Of a stretch of DNA of 64,000 nt, positions 49,901 through 61,329 are shown one piece after another (position 1 is the first letter of the stretch; each line of letters starts with the position of its first letter). The notes under the pieces were generated by a model. That model was given only the letters and a program-made list of their open reading frames with translations, was not told where the DNA came from and ran no database searches. The DNA comes from Octopus sinensis (taxonomy: Eukaryota): NCBI RefSeq assembly GCF_006345805.1, contig NC_043003.1:88412001-88476000 (forward strand), read 5' to 3'. The position numbers were made by a program, and so were the translations under genes.

Positions 49901-52048
49901 TATGTAATATATGAGAGCCTTTTATGAGTTTGGTGTGTTTAGGTTGAGAATATAGGTTTTTTGTATGTGTTTATTTGGCAGGTTTATATTGTATATTTGG
50001 TCTTTCTTTGTACTCACCTTAATTTGTATCTTATGCTATTTACTAATAAACCTTTTTCATTTTTTTCATTTTTTCATTTACATACATTTGGCTTTATAAA
50101 TATTACCAGCCTTATATATTTAGTTTATATCTATAGTCCTCTGGATCTGTACTTTAAATTATCCTTCCATACATATTTACTTTCATCAATATAACATATA
50201 TATTCACTTTATTTATTTTTTAATTTTATTGTAATGTTATCAATCTCTGCATTTAGTCTTCTAATTATTTATTTATTTGCCTATTTAAGTGTAGATTTTT
50301 ACATACATATCAAGTCATCTAATTTGTTATCTATTTATTTTTTACTTATTTACTTATACTAGGGTAGTTTTATACATACATATCTATCATTTATTTTTAT
50401 TTTATTTTAATAATATATGAATACATATATACTGGTTTGTACTTATAATATGTGTATAACCGTATTTATTCCTTCGTATTTATTCTTCTTATTTATTTTA
50501 TCACATTTTATCTTAAGTATTTATAATATAAATTTTTTAAAAAATTTCTGTGATGTTCTCATATGCGTTTGCATTAGTACTTCCCCTTCTATTATTTAAT
50601 GCCTAAACTGGTATATTATGGCATTAAATTTATTAAGTAAATAAGAGATTTATTTATAATATATAAATTAATATATATTTTATATTTTATAACTTAGCGT
50701 ACTTGGAATCATAACAAACTTACGATAAATCTAACAACCGTATGTTTACTATGCAACAAACCGGTGTTATAAATTTTAAGTTACCCAATGAAATAATATC
50801 TGACTTAGTAACATACTGATATTTAAAAATATATTTCTATCTTAATTAAATATTTTATGAAATGCATGAGTGGTTCATTTTCGTTATTTGAGGCATAGTT
50901 ATAATTTTGAAGGACTAAATGGTAGCATAGTTGCTTCCCTTTTTGTTTATCTATGTGCTAGTTGTTGCTTGTGATTATGTATGTGTAAAAGTGTATGTGT
51001 ATACATATAACTATGTGTGTATGTGCGATTGATCTGTAGATGCGCGTGTGAATATTGGCGTTCCTTGACTAACCAACCGTATAATTTCTTTTGTGATTTA
51101 AATTTCAAACCAATAGCCAATCGAATTAATCTAAATTATCATTACCTAGTGGTCAGCATTTCTAAACTCATAGTTATTTCGATCTTGTAAGGATGGACTT
51201 GGTGCAAACATAACTGTATCTATTATTATTATTATTATTATTATTAGTATTAATAGTAATTTTTATTAACTTTTATAGCTTTATAATTTTATGAACTGAA
51301 CCATGGTTTTAATTATTATTTTTCATCTCCCTATGTGTTAGTTTTTTTTTAAAAACTATTAGCCAAATATGTATAATATCGGTGCTTATTAATATTAATA
51401 TATACACTGATATATATTTTGTTTTATTTTGTTCTGTTTACCTTCCATTATTGTACCAATGAGTATTATATTATATAAGTGTAGCATTATGATGTATAAG
51501 TTTTTATATTTTACATTTTTATATTTATATATATATGGTTAAATAATATTTTTCACAATTATAACAAATTTAATTTAATTCTCTGAAGAGGCCGTGGGGC
51601 ATAATTGTTAATGCCACATTTATACCTGCCTTTATGGCTTATAGGTTAAATGAGGTATGACTGCCCTCACTGCCGAAACAGCTGTCAGATTTGATTTAAT
51701 TACATATTATATTTGAAATTTTTTACTTATATCTCTTTGTCTATTTACTCTTACTGTATATTTTGTATAATGCCTTTACTGATATGTAATGGTGTATTAA
51801 AGTATTGATCGGGTATCATCTGATAGTTGATGTTTTATTGATTTAAGTATGTTTCTCCATTTTCTAATTTTGTAGTATTAATTACGGTAATATATTACCT
51901 TACCATATAATACAATAGATGAACTGATTGTTTGACAATTTTTAACATCTATGTATTAGTCTTGTTGGGTACCTATCTGGCAGTATATTGGATATATATT
52001 ATCCCATGGTGGGTTGAATTTTCAACCCCTATCTCATTTTATAACCTA
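46905..52048 (+). mobile_element. Penelope-like element (RT plus C-terminal GIY-YIG, Neptune-like), 5'-truncated, with an inverted terminal copy
   Basis: One frame over 47070-48353 (QFDIQNYY, ITMGSPDSAEVTDLVG, YRDDAL, YLDV, SNHPPQI) with TGA stops at 47487 and 47904. A frameshift near 48270 leads into 48350-49543 (VVYQC..VYIGAT...KQRLNYH..LSAYIWELK..CSLCIYE). 46905-47053 is the reverse complement of about 51727-51877. Hammerhead at 51574-51696. Confidence 0.92.
51574..51696 (+). ncRNA. Minimal type I hammerhead ribozyme in the PLE terminal repeat (intact core)
   Basis: AATTCT-CTGAAGA-GGC(c)GTGGGG...CCTCAC(t)GCC-GAA-ACAGCTGT-C-AGATTT. Stem III is a perfect 8-nt palindrome. GUC triplet at 51684-51686. 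Same strand as the PLE ORF. Confidence 0.85.
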
Positions 52049-52057
52049 TATATATAT

Positions 52058-52106
<49 letters not shown>

Positions 52107-52149
52107 CATATATGTCTGTATATATATATATATATATTATATATTATAT

Positions 52150-52205
<56 letters not shown>

Positions 52206-52231
52206 CATATATGTATATATATATATATATA

Positions 52232-52828
52232 CTAGCAGTATCGCCCGGCGTTGCTCGGGTTGTAAGGGAAATAACTATATAAGCATTTTTAGAGAGTTAT
52301 AGCCAAAAATAGCAAAAAATGCATTAAAAATGGAAAAAATATGATGGTAAATTTTTTGAAAAATCGTTGACTCATCGTAGACATTTTTAGAGAGTTACTT
52401 CCCTTATATAATAGCGAAAAAATGCATTAAAAATGGAAAAAAAACGATGGTAAATTTTTTTTTAAATCGTAGACTCATGTAGACGCTTTCTTAGCCATTT
52501 CTGTTTTGGTGTCTTCAAGCCATGAAGTCGTTGTTCTAAAAGAACGCTGGTCTCCTTGACAACGCATTACGACGTTGATTTCCTTGCACTCCCCCTTCCC
52601 CGGACACACGAAAAATTATGCATTAAAATGGAATAAAAAATGATGTTAAATTATTTTTAAAATCGTAGACTCATCGTAGACGCGCGCTAATACTCAGACG
52701 GGCTCGATATGAATCACGACTCTAAGCTACCCGAATTTGGTTAAACTGCACTGCAAAATGTGGGAGTAGTTAGGAATCTAAATCGATGGGGACAGACACT
52801 CACACAACTACAGTTTTATATATATAGA
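52232..52828 (-). mobile_element. Complete non-autonomous Helitron (597 bp)
   Basis: A|TCTATATATATAAAACTG at 52828. Hairpin CCCGGCGTTGCTCGGG and CTAG|T at 52232-52235. Internal ~80-bp tandem-like units. Confidence 0.9.
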
Positions 52829-52849
52829 TATACATAGCGCAGTAGTGGT

Positions 52850-53280
52850 GAGATGTGATAGCAAAGAAAAGCATACATTCACTCTCTGCATGCAATTAGA
52901 CTCGGAAAGTTCGTGAGGAACCCATTGACCCAATTTGCTGACTTTTCCGATAGCACACAGGTCTCAATGAATGGTTGAATGACCAAATCCAAGCTTCTCT
53001 GCTAGTTCCTCAACAGTTACGATGAGATTTTGTTCCACCAGGGTTTTCAGGATGTCCTTGTCGAGTTCTACAGATCTTTCAGGATGACGCTCGTCTTCTA
53101 GGCTGTTCCAATATAGCTTTGAAAAAAATAGCTGTTAAAATCGAAATGCACTCTTCAAAACTTGCACTATGAATAAGGACAAGATAAAATTACTACCTGC
53201 TTTTATAGCAAGTTAATATAAGTAGTTTATCCCATTCCCTTCTGACTTTTAGTACAAGCTGTTGAAAAAACCGCATTATT
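52850..53280 (-). mobile_element. Mariner transposon 5' fragment
   Basis: SLEDERHPERSVELDKDILKTLVEQN..TVEELAEKLGFGHSTIH*DLCAIGKVSKLGQWVPHELSE (HTH plus WVPHEL). Confidence 0.85.
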
Positions 53281-53309
53281 ATATATATATACATACATAC
53301 ATACATACA

Positions 53310-53341
<32 letters not shown>

Positions 53342-53675
53342 CACACACACTCTCTCTCTCACACACATGCACACATTTATATTCTGTTATTCTTTTATAT
53401 GTTTCAGCCTTGAGGTTGTGGCCATGCTGGATCATGTGTGTGTGTGTGTGTGTGTGTGTGTCTATCTGTCTGTCTGTCTGTATGTATATATGTATATGTA
53501 TGTGTGTGAACAATAATATTTTCAACAGATGTGTTGCAAATGTATCTGATTGTTCTCAAGCTTCAATACAGTGTGTGTGTGTGTGTGTGTATGTGTGTGT
53601 GTGTATGTATGTATGTATATGTATGTATGTATATGTATGTATGTATGTGTGTATGTACGTGTGTGTGTGTATGTA

Positions 53676-53706
<31 letters not shown>

Positions 53707-53979
53707 ATGTATGTATGTATGTATGTATGTATGAGTGTATGTTTACTTTATTACTAACACAAGCCAGTACGGTTATTTAATGTAAAGTCTTCCTCAAATC
53801 ACTATCTCTGGCTATTTACTCTCTTCCAAGAACATTTTCACTCACACTTATGTGTTAGCTTCCCATACATTTTACTCATGTATCTATCAGCGTGATAGAG
53901 AGAAACAAATATTACATCTAGTTTCACTTTATTCGTTGTCCACTGTGTGTGTGCGTTTGCGTGTGGTGTAAACCAGATT

Positions 53980-54175
53980 AAGAAAAGCATTTGACACACA
54001 CACACCAGAATGTGAGTTTTCTGTAAATTTTGCTTAATTGGAGTTTAAATTTTAAAAACTGGACCTGGCATGACGCGATGCATTGTACTCTTAAAAATGG
54101 TAGGTAAATTGTAATTGAAGAAATCCTATATTGTAGATTTGTATAACTCCCAAAGGGAGGCAGATAAAACGTACT
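53980..54175 (-). mobile_element. Diverged 5' fragment of the 56580-58987 Helitron family
   Basis: aattttgcttaattgg...ggtaaatt..aattgaagaaat.ctatattgtagatttgtataa...gggaggcagataaaa is shared with 56410-56560 and 58815-58965. Confidence 0.7.
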
Positions 54176-54202
54176 ATATATATACATATATATATATATA
54201 AT

Positions 54203-54249
<47 letters not shown>

Positions 54250-54279
54250 TATATATATATGTATGTATATATATAGTAC

Positions 54280-54819
54280 GTTTAAATATTGTTGTGCAAG
54301 ATTTTTTTACGTGAAGTCGTGTGTTGAAACAGATATTGTTATATTTCGGAATGGTCATATTGCCAGTTTAGCCAATAAAAACACACGCACTATATATTTG
54401 GTGTTATTTTGCTTCAGTGTTATTTATTTTTTACATTAATCTTAATCTTATTTCGGCCAGAGTTCTTTCGTCACACTCTAGTGACCGCATCAGTGGTCCT
54501 TTGTTTTCTTCTTTCTTATTTGTGTCTCTCCTTACTAACCGTCAGCCATTTTGTATTTCTATTGTATGTCTTCATTTGCGCATGCTTATATCTCTATGTG
54601 CGTCTATGTTTATTTAGTGTGTGTATGTGGGGGGATGCCTGTAATATTTGTATCTTCTGTTTATATATGTTCATGTAATTTGTATTTTGTTTTTGTTGTT
54701 TTTGTTTATTCTTATTTTGTTCATGTGTTTACATCCACTTATTATTATCATTACATATGCTTGTATGTATGTATGTATGTATAACAACAATACTAGTAAT
54801 AATAATAATAAATCGAATC

Positions 54820-54875
<56 letters not shown>

Positions 54876-55535
54876 TATATATATATAGTTATTTATTTCT
54901 ATTAGTTTATTTATCTGTGTATTTATTATTTTTTCAGGATCCTCTATCGTGTGGTAGTGCTCCATTCTAGTTTTCTATTCAGGCTAGGTTTATTTTCTAT
55001 TATATGTGTAGCTTCTGTAATTTGTCTAATTGTTGCATCTGTTCTATGTGTGGACAATATTTTAATTTCTATGTTATTGATTGATCCCCCGTGTTTTTGT
55101 TCGGCGTGTTGGTACAGAATCTTTTACCTTCCTTGAGTTGTCTCCAATTTTCATTCACCCGCTCTCCTATGCTTCTTGCCGTTTCCCCTACGTATGTTAT
55201 TGTCTTGTTACTGCATCGTCCCTCTATACATCTTATACTATAGACTACATTTCTGGCTTTACAGTTTGTTTGTGGGCTAAATCTACATACAGTACAGTAC
55301 TTATCCGTACAGGGGGTTCTACTAAAAGGATAGGTTCTACCAATTATAGATTTGATAGGGTTGCCTGGCTTTTCAACAACCTTAATTCTTAGCTTAAGTT
55401 TGTCTAGGGTCCTTCTAAAGCGGTACGCCAGTTCACCTCCAGGGGTGGTGTCAACGAACATGAGACTCTGGTATTTATGGCTATCATACCAAGAGTTGGC
55501 CTTCCCTATTTTCTTTTTTGTCCTTTTTTGTCAAT
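54280..55535 (-). mobile_element. Penelope-like element 3' portion (GIY-YIG endonuclease plus terminal region)
   Basis: SWYDSHKYQSLMFVDTTPGGELA...IKVVEKPG...C..C..C...CKARNVVYSIRC..C....YVGETARSIGER, followed by an AT-rich terminus with a hammerhead on the same strand. Confidence 0.85.
54455..54499 (-). ncRNA. Compact hammerhead motif with one core substitution
   Basis: GGACCA-CTGATGC-G-GTCAC-tagagt-GTGAC-GAA-AGAACT-C-TGGCC. All three stems are present, A9 is C, and the triplet is CUC. Confidence 0.7.
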
Positions 55536-55539
55536 TTCT

Positions 55540-56579
55540 CCAAACAGGGACACAATTCAATCTTAAAACAATAACCAAAGCCCCTTCTCCGAAAGGGGGA
55601 GGGTTACGGTTTACAATTATTTAACAAATGCAACATATTACATGTACATCTATATATATATATATACATCTACACATAAAATACAAAATAGAAAGTTATA
55701 TCTTGATATCGCTCGTGATAACAATACTCAAAATATATAACAGACTGGAATTGTAGGCCCGCCTCTTGCAATTTCGATCAATTGGATCTTGTATAGAAGT
55801 GTACGGTTGCAGCGAAATTCATTTTTGGACTTTCTTCTATGGAAGGCATCTTAACAAAAATGCTTCCGTAAAGACGGTGAAAATATTGTCAATTTCCCCA
55901 AACAGGGACACAATTCAATTTTAAAACAATAACCAAAGCCCCTTCTCCGAAAGGGGGAGGTTTACGATTTACAATTATTTAACAAATGCAACACAACAAC
56001 GTTTCCCTGACGAGGAACCGACAAACGTGATTACAATAGTCAAACAGTAATAATAATAACAACAAACCTTTTTAATGTATCTCCATTTACGTGAAACCAC
56101 TTGTTCAAGTCATTGATGCAATTTTATACGAATTGCTAATACACACACACACATAATAAGGGTGGAAAATTGAATACTAATTTGATAAATATGAATTGAA
56201 AACCAGTGGTGTAGCATATAAGACCACAGTGGATCTTCTTCTAGCAAAAAGGATGACCAGTATTAATTGCTCATCCCTTTAATATAAATACTTTCACTTT
56301 AATCGTTGCACACTTGCAAAGAGAAAGGAGGAGAAATTGTAGTGGTAATGGTAGGAGTGAAGCACTTGAAATGAAAGAAGGAAATGGTAAAATATTTACT
56401 TTCCTCGAATTTTTGCTTAATTGGGGGTGAAATTGAAAAAACTTTACATGCCACGACCCGATGGAATCTACTTGTAAAAATGATAGGTAAATTCCAATTG
56501 AAGAAATTCTATATTGTAGATTTGTATAAAAAACAAAGGGTTTGGGAGGCAGATAAAATCTGCCTTTTATAATAAGAGA
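55540..56579 (-). mobile_element. Second, 3'-truncated unit of a tandem Helitron array
   Basis: Starts TCTCTTATTATAAAAGGCAG immediately after the CTAG of the upstream unit. 55630-56579 is a near-identical direct repeat of about 58040-58987. An internal ~85-bp duplication lies at about 55540-55630 versus about 55890-55990. Confidence 0.85.
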
Positions 56580-57982
56580 CTAGCAGAATTGCCCGGCGAT
56601 GCTCGGGGCTGAATTGCTTGAAAGTACTGTTAATGATTGCACTGAATTGTGATGATTATTCAGGCAAATATTGATATAAGTTTACGGTGGGAGATAAGGA
56701 CTTAACGATCAAATGTGTGCCATTGCATTGTTTTGGGGGAACCAAATTTCTGATGAGCATTATAGGGGCACCAACTTTAATTTTGAGAATGTGTGGTGGT
56801 AGTCCGGGGGTCTCAAAGGAATTGAGTACCTCTTGAATAGTTGATGACGTCCTCTGGGTCAGGAGTTGTATCGATAGACTTATATACATAGACATCCCCA
56901 GGAATGAGTTTTAGCATTTCATCATTAATATGGTGAACAGTTTTATTCCTCGGGGCCAGAATAGCCCTTTGGCCAATCCAATCCATATTCTGATAATTAG
57001 CTTGTAGATCTGGGAACACTGCATGTCTGAGATCAGAAGGCGTCTTAACAATGGTACAAATGGAATCGATGTCAATATTACCATTTTCATCCCCTGGCAT
57101 TTTGCCTTCGCCAAGTGCAAGGAGGGTGTGAGAAAATGCTGGTGATGTGATATTACGTCGCATATGAGCACGCATATTGGTGTGAAGTTTGAGAGTCTTA
57201 ACCAGTGGCCACAATGTGGATGACTTAAGACACGCACTTACTGCATCAGTTCTAGTCCCTTTGGGAATAACGGGAAGTGTTTGTCGGAAGTCCCCTGAAA
57301 GAAGAAGTGTTATGCCTCCCATGGGAGCTGAAGAGTGTTTGATGTCTCTGAGAGATCTATCTAGTGCCTCAAGAGCACCTCTGTGGGCCATCGTGCATTC
57401 ATCCCAAACGATAAGCTTGCATCGTCTGAAGACTTCTGCCTGATCGGAGCTGTTACTGATGTTGCAAGTTGGTGTCTCAGTCTTCGCTAAGTCAAGTGGG
57501 AGCTTGAAAGTGGAGTGAGCTGTCCTGCCGCCTGGCAACAAAGTAGCCGCAATTCCAGATGATGCCACAGCTAGGGCAATGCCTTGTGTTCGCCTAATCT
57601 CAGCCAATATTAATTTGTTGAGAAAAGTTTTCCCAGTGCCCCCAGGAGCGTCCACGAAAAATATCCCCACAGCTTTGACCCGGACTGAATTAACAACGGA
57701 GTTGTAAGCGAACTTCTGTTCTGGAAGGAGCTTTGGCTCATTGTCGGTTATGTACTCGGCAAGCTCGTCAACATTAAAACATGTCTCACGCAGCAAATGT
57801 GAAGACAGGGTGTTTGTGCCTTCCCGGTTTGTTGAAGGTAGGCCATAGACCGGCAAGGCACTACCGCCCATATCAAGTACAGTATCTTCGAACGTAGTTT
57901 GTTACCACACAGCCAAATCTGCCCCTCTGTATATGTGTGGTGTGTGTGTGTACGTGTGTGTGTATGGGTAGATATATTATGC

Positions 57983-58040
<58 letters not shown>

Positions 58041-58987
58041 ACATATTACATGTACATCTATATATATACATCTACACAAAAACTACAAAATAGAAAGTTA
58101 TATCTTGATATCGCTAGTGATAACAATACTCAAAATATATAACAGACTGGAATTGTAGGCCCGTCTCTTGCAATTTCGATCAATTGGATCTTGTATAGAA
58201 GTGTACGGCTGCAGCGAAATTCATTTTTGGACTTTCTTCTATGGAAGGCATTTTAACAAAAATGCTTCCGTAAAGACGGTGAAATTATTGTCAATTTCCC
58301 CAAACAGGGACACAATTCAATTTTAAAACAATAACCAAAGCCCCTTCTCCGAAAGGGGGAGGTTTACGATTTACAATTATTTAACAAATGCAACACAACA
58401 ACGTTTCCCTGACGAGGAACCAACAAACGTGATTACAATAGTCAAACAGTAATAATAATAACAACAAACCTTTTTAATGTATCCCCATTTATGTGAAACC
58501 ACTTATTCAAGTTCAAGTCATTGATGCAATTTTATAAGAATTGCTAATACATACACACACATAATAAGGGTGAAAAATTGAATACTAATTTGATAAATAA
58601 GAATTGAAAACCAGTGGTGTAGCATATAAGACCACAGTGGATCTTCTTCTAGCAAAAAGGATGACCAGTATTAATTGCTCATCCCTTTAATATAAATACT
58701 TTCATTTTAATCGTTGCACACTTGCAAAGAGAAAGGAGGAGAAATTGTAGTGGTAATGGTAGGAGTGAAGCACTTGAAATGAAAGAGGGAAATGGTAAAA
58801 TATTTACTTTCCTCGAATTTTTGCTTAATTGGGGGTGAAATTGAAAAAACTTTACATGCCACGACCCGATGGAATCTACTTGTAAAAATGATAGGTAAAT
58901 TCCAATTGAAGAAATTCTATATTGTAGATTTGTATAAAAAACAAAGGGTTTGGGAGGCAGAGAAAATCTGCCTTTTATCATAAGAGA
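56580..58987 (-). mobile_element. Helitron deletion derivative carrying a PIF1-type helicase fragment (ORF 56813-57871)
   Basis: A|TCTCTTATGATAAAAGGCAG at the 5' end; hairpin CCCGAGCATCGCCGGG plus CTAG at the 3' end. Helicase motifs FVDAPGGTGKT, VASSGIAATLL.GGRTAHS.FKLP, IVWDECTM, GDFRQTLPV and ILAPRN. No Rep/HUH domain. Confidence 0.95.
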
Positions 58988-59026
58988 TAAGAAGATCATA
59001 AGAGATAAGAGATCATAAGAGATAAG

Positions 59027-59057
<31 letters not shown>

Positions 59058-59100
59058 CATATAGGTGTATATATATATATGTCTGTATATATATATATAT

Positions 59101-59302
59101 ATATACAGAGGGGCAGATTTGGCTGTGTGGTAACAAACTACGTTCGAAGATACTGTACTTGATATGGGCGGTAGTGCCTTGCCGGTCTATGGCCTACCTT
59201 CAACAAACCGGGAAGGCACAAACACTCTGTCTTCACATTTGCTGCGTGAGACATGTTTTAATGTTGACGAGCTTGCCGAGTACATAACCGACAATGAGCC
59301 AA
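59101..59302 (+). repeat. ~200-bp inverted duplicate of 57733-57934 (start of the helicase fragment)
   Basis: Near-identical reverse complement (I saw one mismatch). This explains why ORF 59164 begins with the same peptide as ORF 56813. Confidence 0.92.
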
Positions 59303-59328
59303 TATGCGTGCTCATATATATATATATA

Positions 59329-59409
<81 letters not shown>

Positions 59410-59411
<2 letters not shown>

Positions 59412-60080
59412 CAAAAGAAAAACAGGACGCAAAGGATTTTGCAGTACATATGTTTCGGGCTTTATTGAACAACATATATCAATGCATAATTGATATAACA
59501 GGTAGGTCAAAAGCCTTCTTCAGCCGCGTACAATTACCACACTAAGGACATGTATCACATTATAGCAGGTTTGAGAAAAAGTTTGGGAAAAAACTGAGTT
59601 TCATTGGGAAAGTAACTCCTCATAGGCGTATATGGTATTGCGAGACACCAAAACAAAACGTCCATATCATTTTCTCACTGATAAAGAATGAAGGGATTGG
59701 ATGTTGAAAGAAAGAGGAAAGGAGTGGAAGGGGGGTGAATCTTTAATGAAGTTGGGATCACAAAGAGGGAAGGATATATGTATAAATTTAAGCATAATTA
59801 TACAGGATAATAGTAAGTACAAAATATAATAAAAGTAAAGATGTAAAAAAATAAGTATATAAAGATACAAAGGATGTCATGTATGGGGTCATAAATTCTA
59901 GAAATGTATTGTGAAAGTGTAAACAGTACAAGAAATAAAGGGTAAGAAGTGAAATAAGAAGTAAAAGATAACAAGGAAATAAAAATATAATTAAAAAATA
60001 AGAAGCGAAAGGTAAAGACGAAAAATAAAAGTATAAAAGAATAAATAAATAAAAAGGTGAACATAAAGATAAAGTGAGAT
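59410..60080 (-). mobile_element. PLE-type terminal-repeat fragment
   Basis: T-rich minus strand with a near-intact hammerhead. No ORF. Confidence 0.5.
59441..59527 (-). ncRNA. Minimal type I hammerhead ribozyme motif
   Basis: GCGG-CTGAAGA-A-GGCTTT...AAAGCC-C-GAA-ACATATGT-A-CTGC. Palindromic stem III ACATATGT, GUA triplet, and an extra hairpin TATCAAT/ATTGATA inside loop II. Confidence 0.8.
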
Positions 60081-60128
60081 ATATATATATATAAATATAT
60101 ATATCGCTAGACACACATATACATGTAC

Positions 60129-60176
<48 letters not shown>

Positions 60177-60515
60177 GTATATGTACATATATACGCATAT
60201 ACAATGATACCCATACACATACACATGCATACACCCACATGCATGCGTCCGTACATGTTCACCCAAGTTCATGCGTACACACATCTGCTTACATATGCAT
60301 ACGTACATGCTTATACCCACGTACGCATGTGCACATAAGTACATATATACAAACACACCCAGATTCATAAACATACACATATGCATATATACACCCACAC
60401 GCACAGAAACCTGTACACCCATTCACATGCATACACACGCGTGCATATGTATCCCTATGCACTCGAACAAAAAAGTACAAATATATATATATATATACAC
60501 ACGTACATACATACA

Positions 60516-61267
60516 CATCATCATCATCATCGTTTAGCGTCCGTTTTCCATGCTAGCATGGGTTGGACGGTTCTACTGGGGTCTGTGAAGCCAGAAGGCT
60601 TCATCAGGCCCAGTCAAATCTGGCAGTGTTTCTACAGCTGGATGCCCTTCCTAACGCCAACCACTCCGTGAGTGTAGTGGGTGCTTTTTACGTGCCACCC
60701 GCACAAGGGCCAGACAGAGCTGGCAAACGGCCACGAACGGATGGTGCTTTTTAAGTGCCACCGGCACGAGGGCCAGGCGAGGCTGGCAATGGACAGAGCT
60801 GGCAAACGGCCACGAACGGATGGTGCTTTTTACGTGCCATCGGCACGAGGCCAGTCGGGGCGGCGCTGGCAACGGTCTGATCCTCACTTGCCTCAACAGG
60901 TCTTCACAAGTAGAGTTTCGACATGCCACCGGCACTGGTAACACATCTGCAATTTCCATTGATCGATTTCGATTCTGATCCTCACTTGCCTCAACAGGTC
61001 TTCACAAGTAGAGTTTTGTGTCCCAAGAAGGGAAGGTATGCATACGTAGGCTGGCTCCATCCCATGTAGAAGGCCACGGGTTATGGACTCACTTGTCCTG
61101 CCGGGTCTTCTCGCGCACAGCACACTTCCAGAGGTCTCGGTCTCTAGTCATTTCCTCAGTGAGACCTAAAGTTCGAAGGTCGTGCTTCACCACCTCGTCC
61201 CAGGTTTTCCTGGGTCTGCCTCTTCCGCAGGTTCCCTCAACCGCTAGGGTGTGGCACTTTTTCACAT
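60516..61267 (-). mobile_element. 5'-truncated RTE LINE (C-terminus, 3' UTR minisatellite, tail)
   Basis: (CAT)n tail and ~60-bp units. Peptide VKKCHTLAVEGTCGRGRPRKTWDEVVKHDLRTLGLTEEMTRDRDLWK. A ~42-bp internal duplication lies at about 60877 and 60975. Confidence 0.92.
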
Positions 61268-61329
61268 ATATATACACACACACACACACACATACTCACA
61301 TGCACATATGTACCCATATACACATATAC

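Noticed and set aside
55995-56030. CTGACGA-GG-AA-CC-GACAAACGT in both Helitron units as a hammerhead
   Set aside because: No GAAA, a 2-nt loop II, and no stem III/I pairing.
56813-57871. Host PIF1 gene
   Set aside because: Intronless fragment bounded by Helitron termini, with Helitron-type helicase motifs.
60590-60615. CTGATGA-AGCC-TTCT-GGCT in the RTE tail (minus strand; similar at about 2138)
   Set aside because: Not followed by GAAA, and the heptamer is absent from the 16670 copy.
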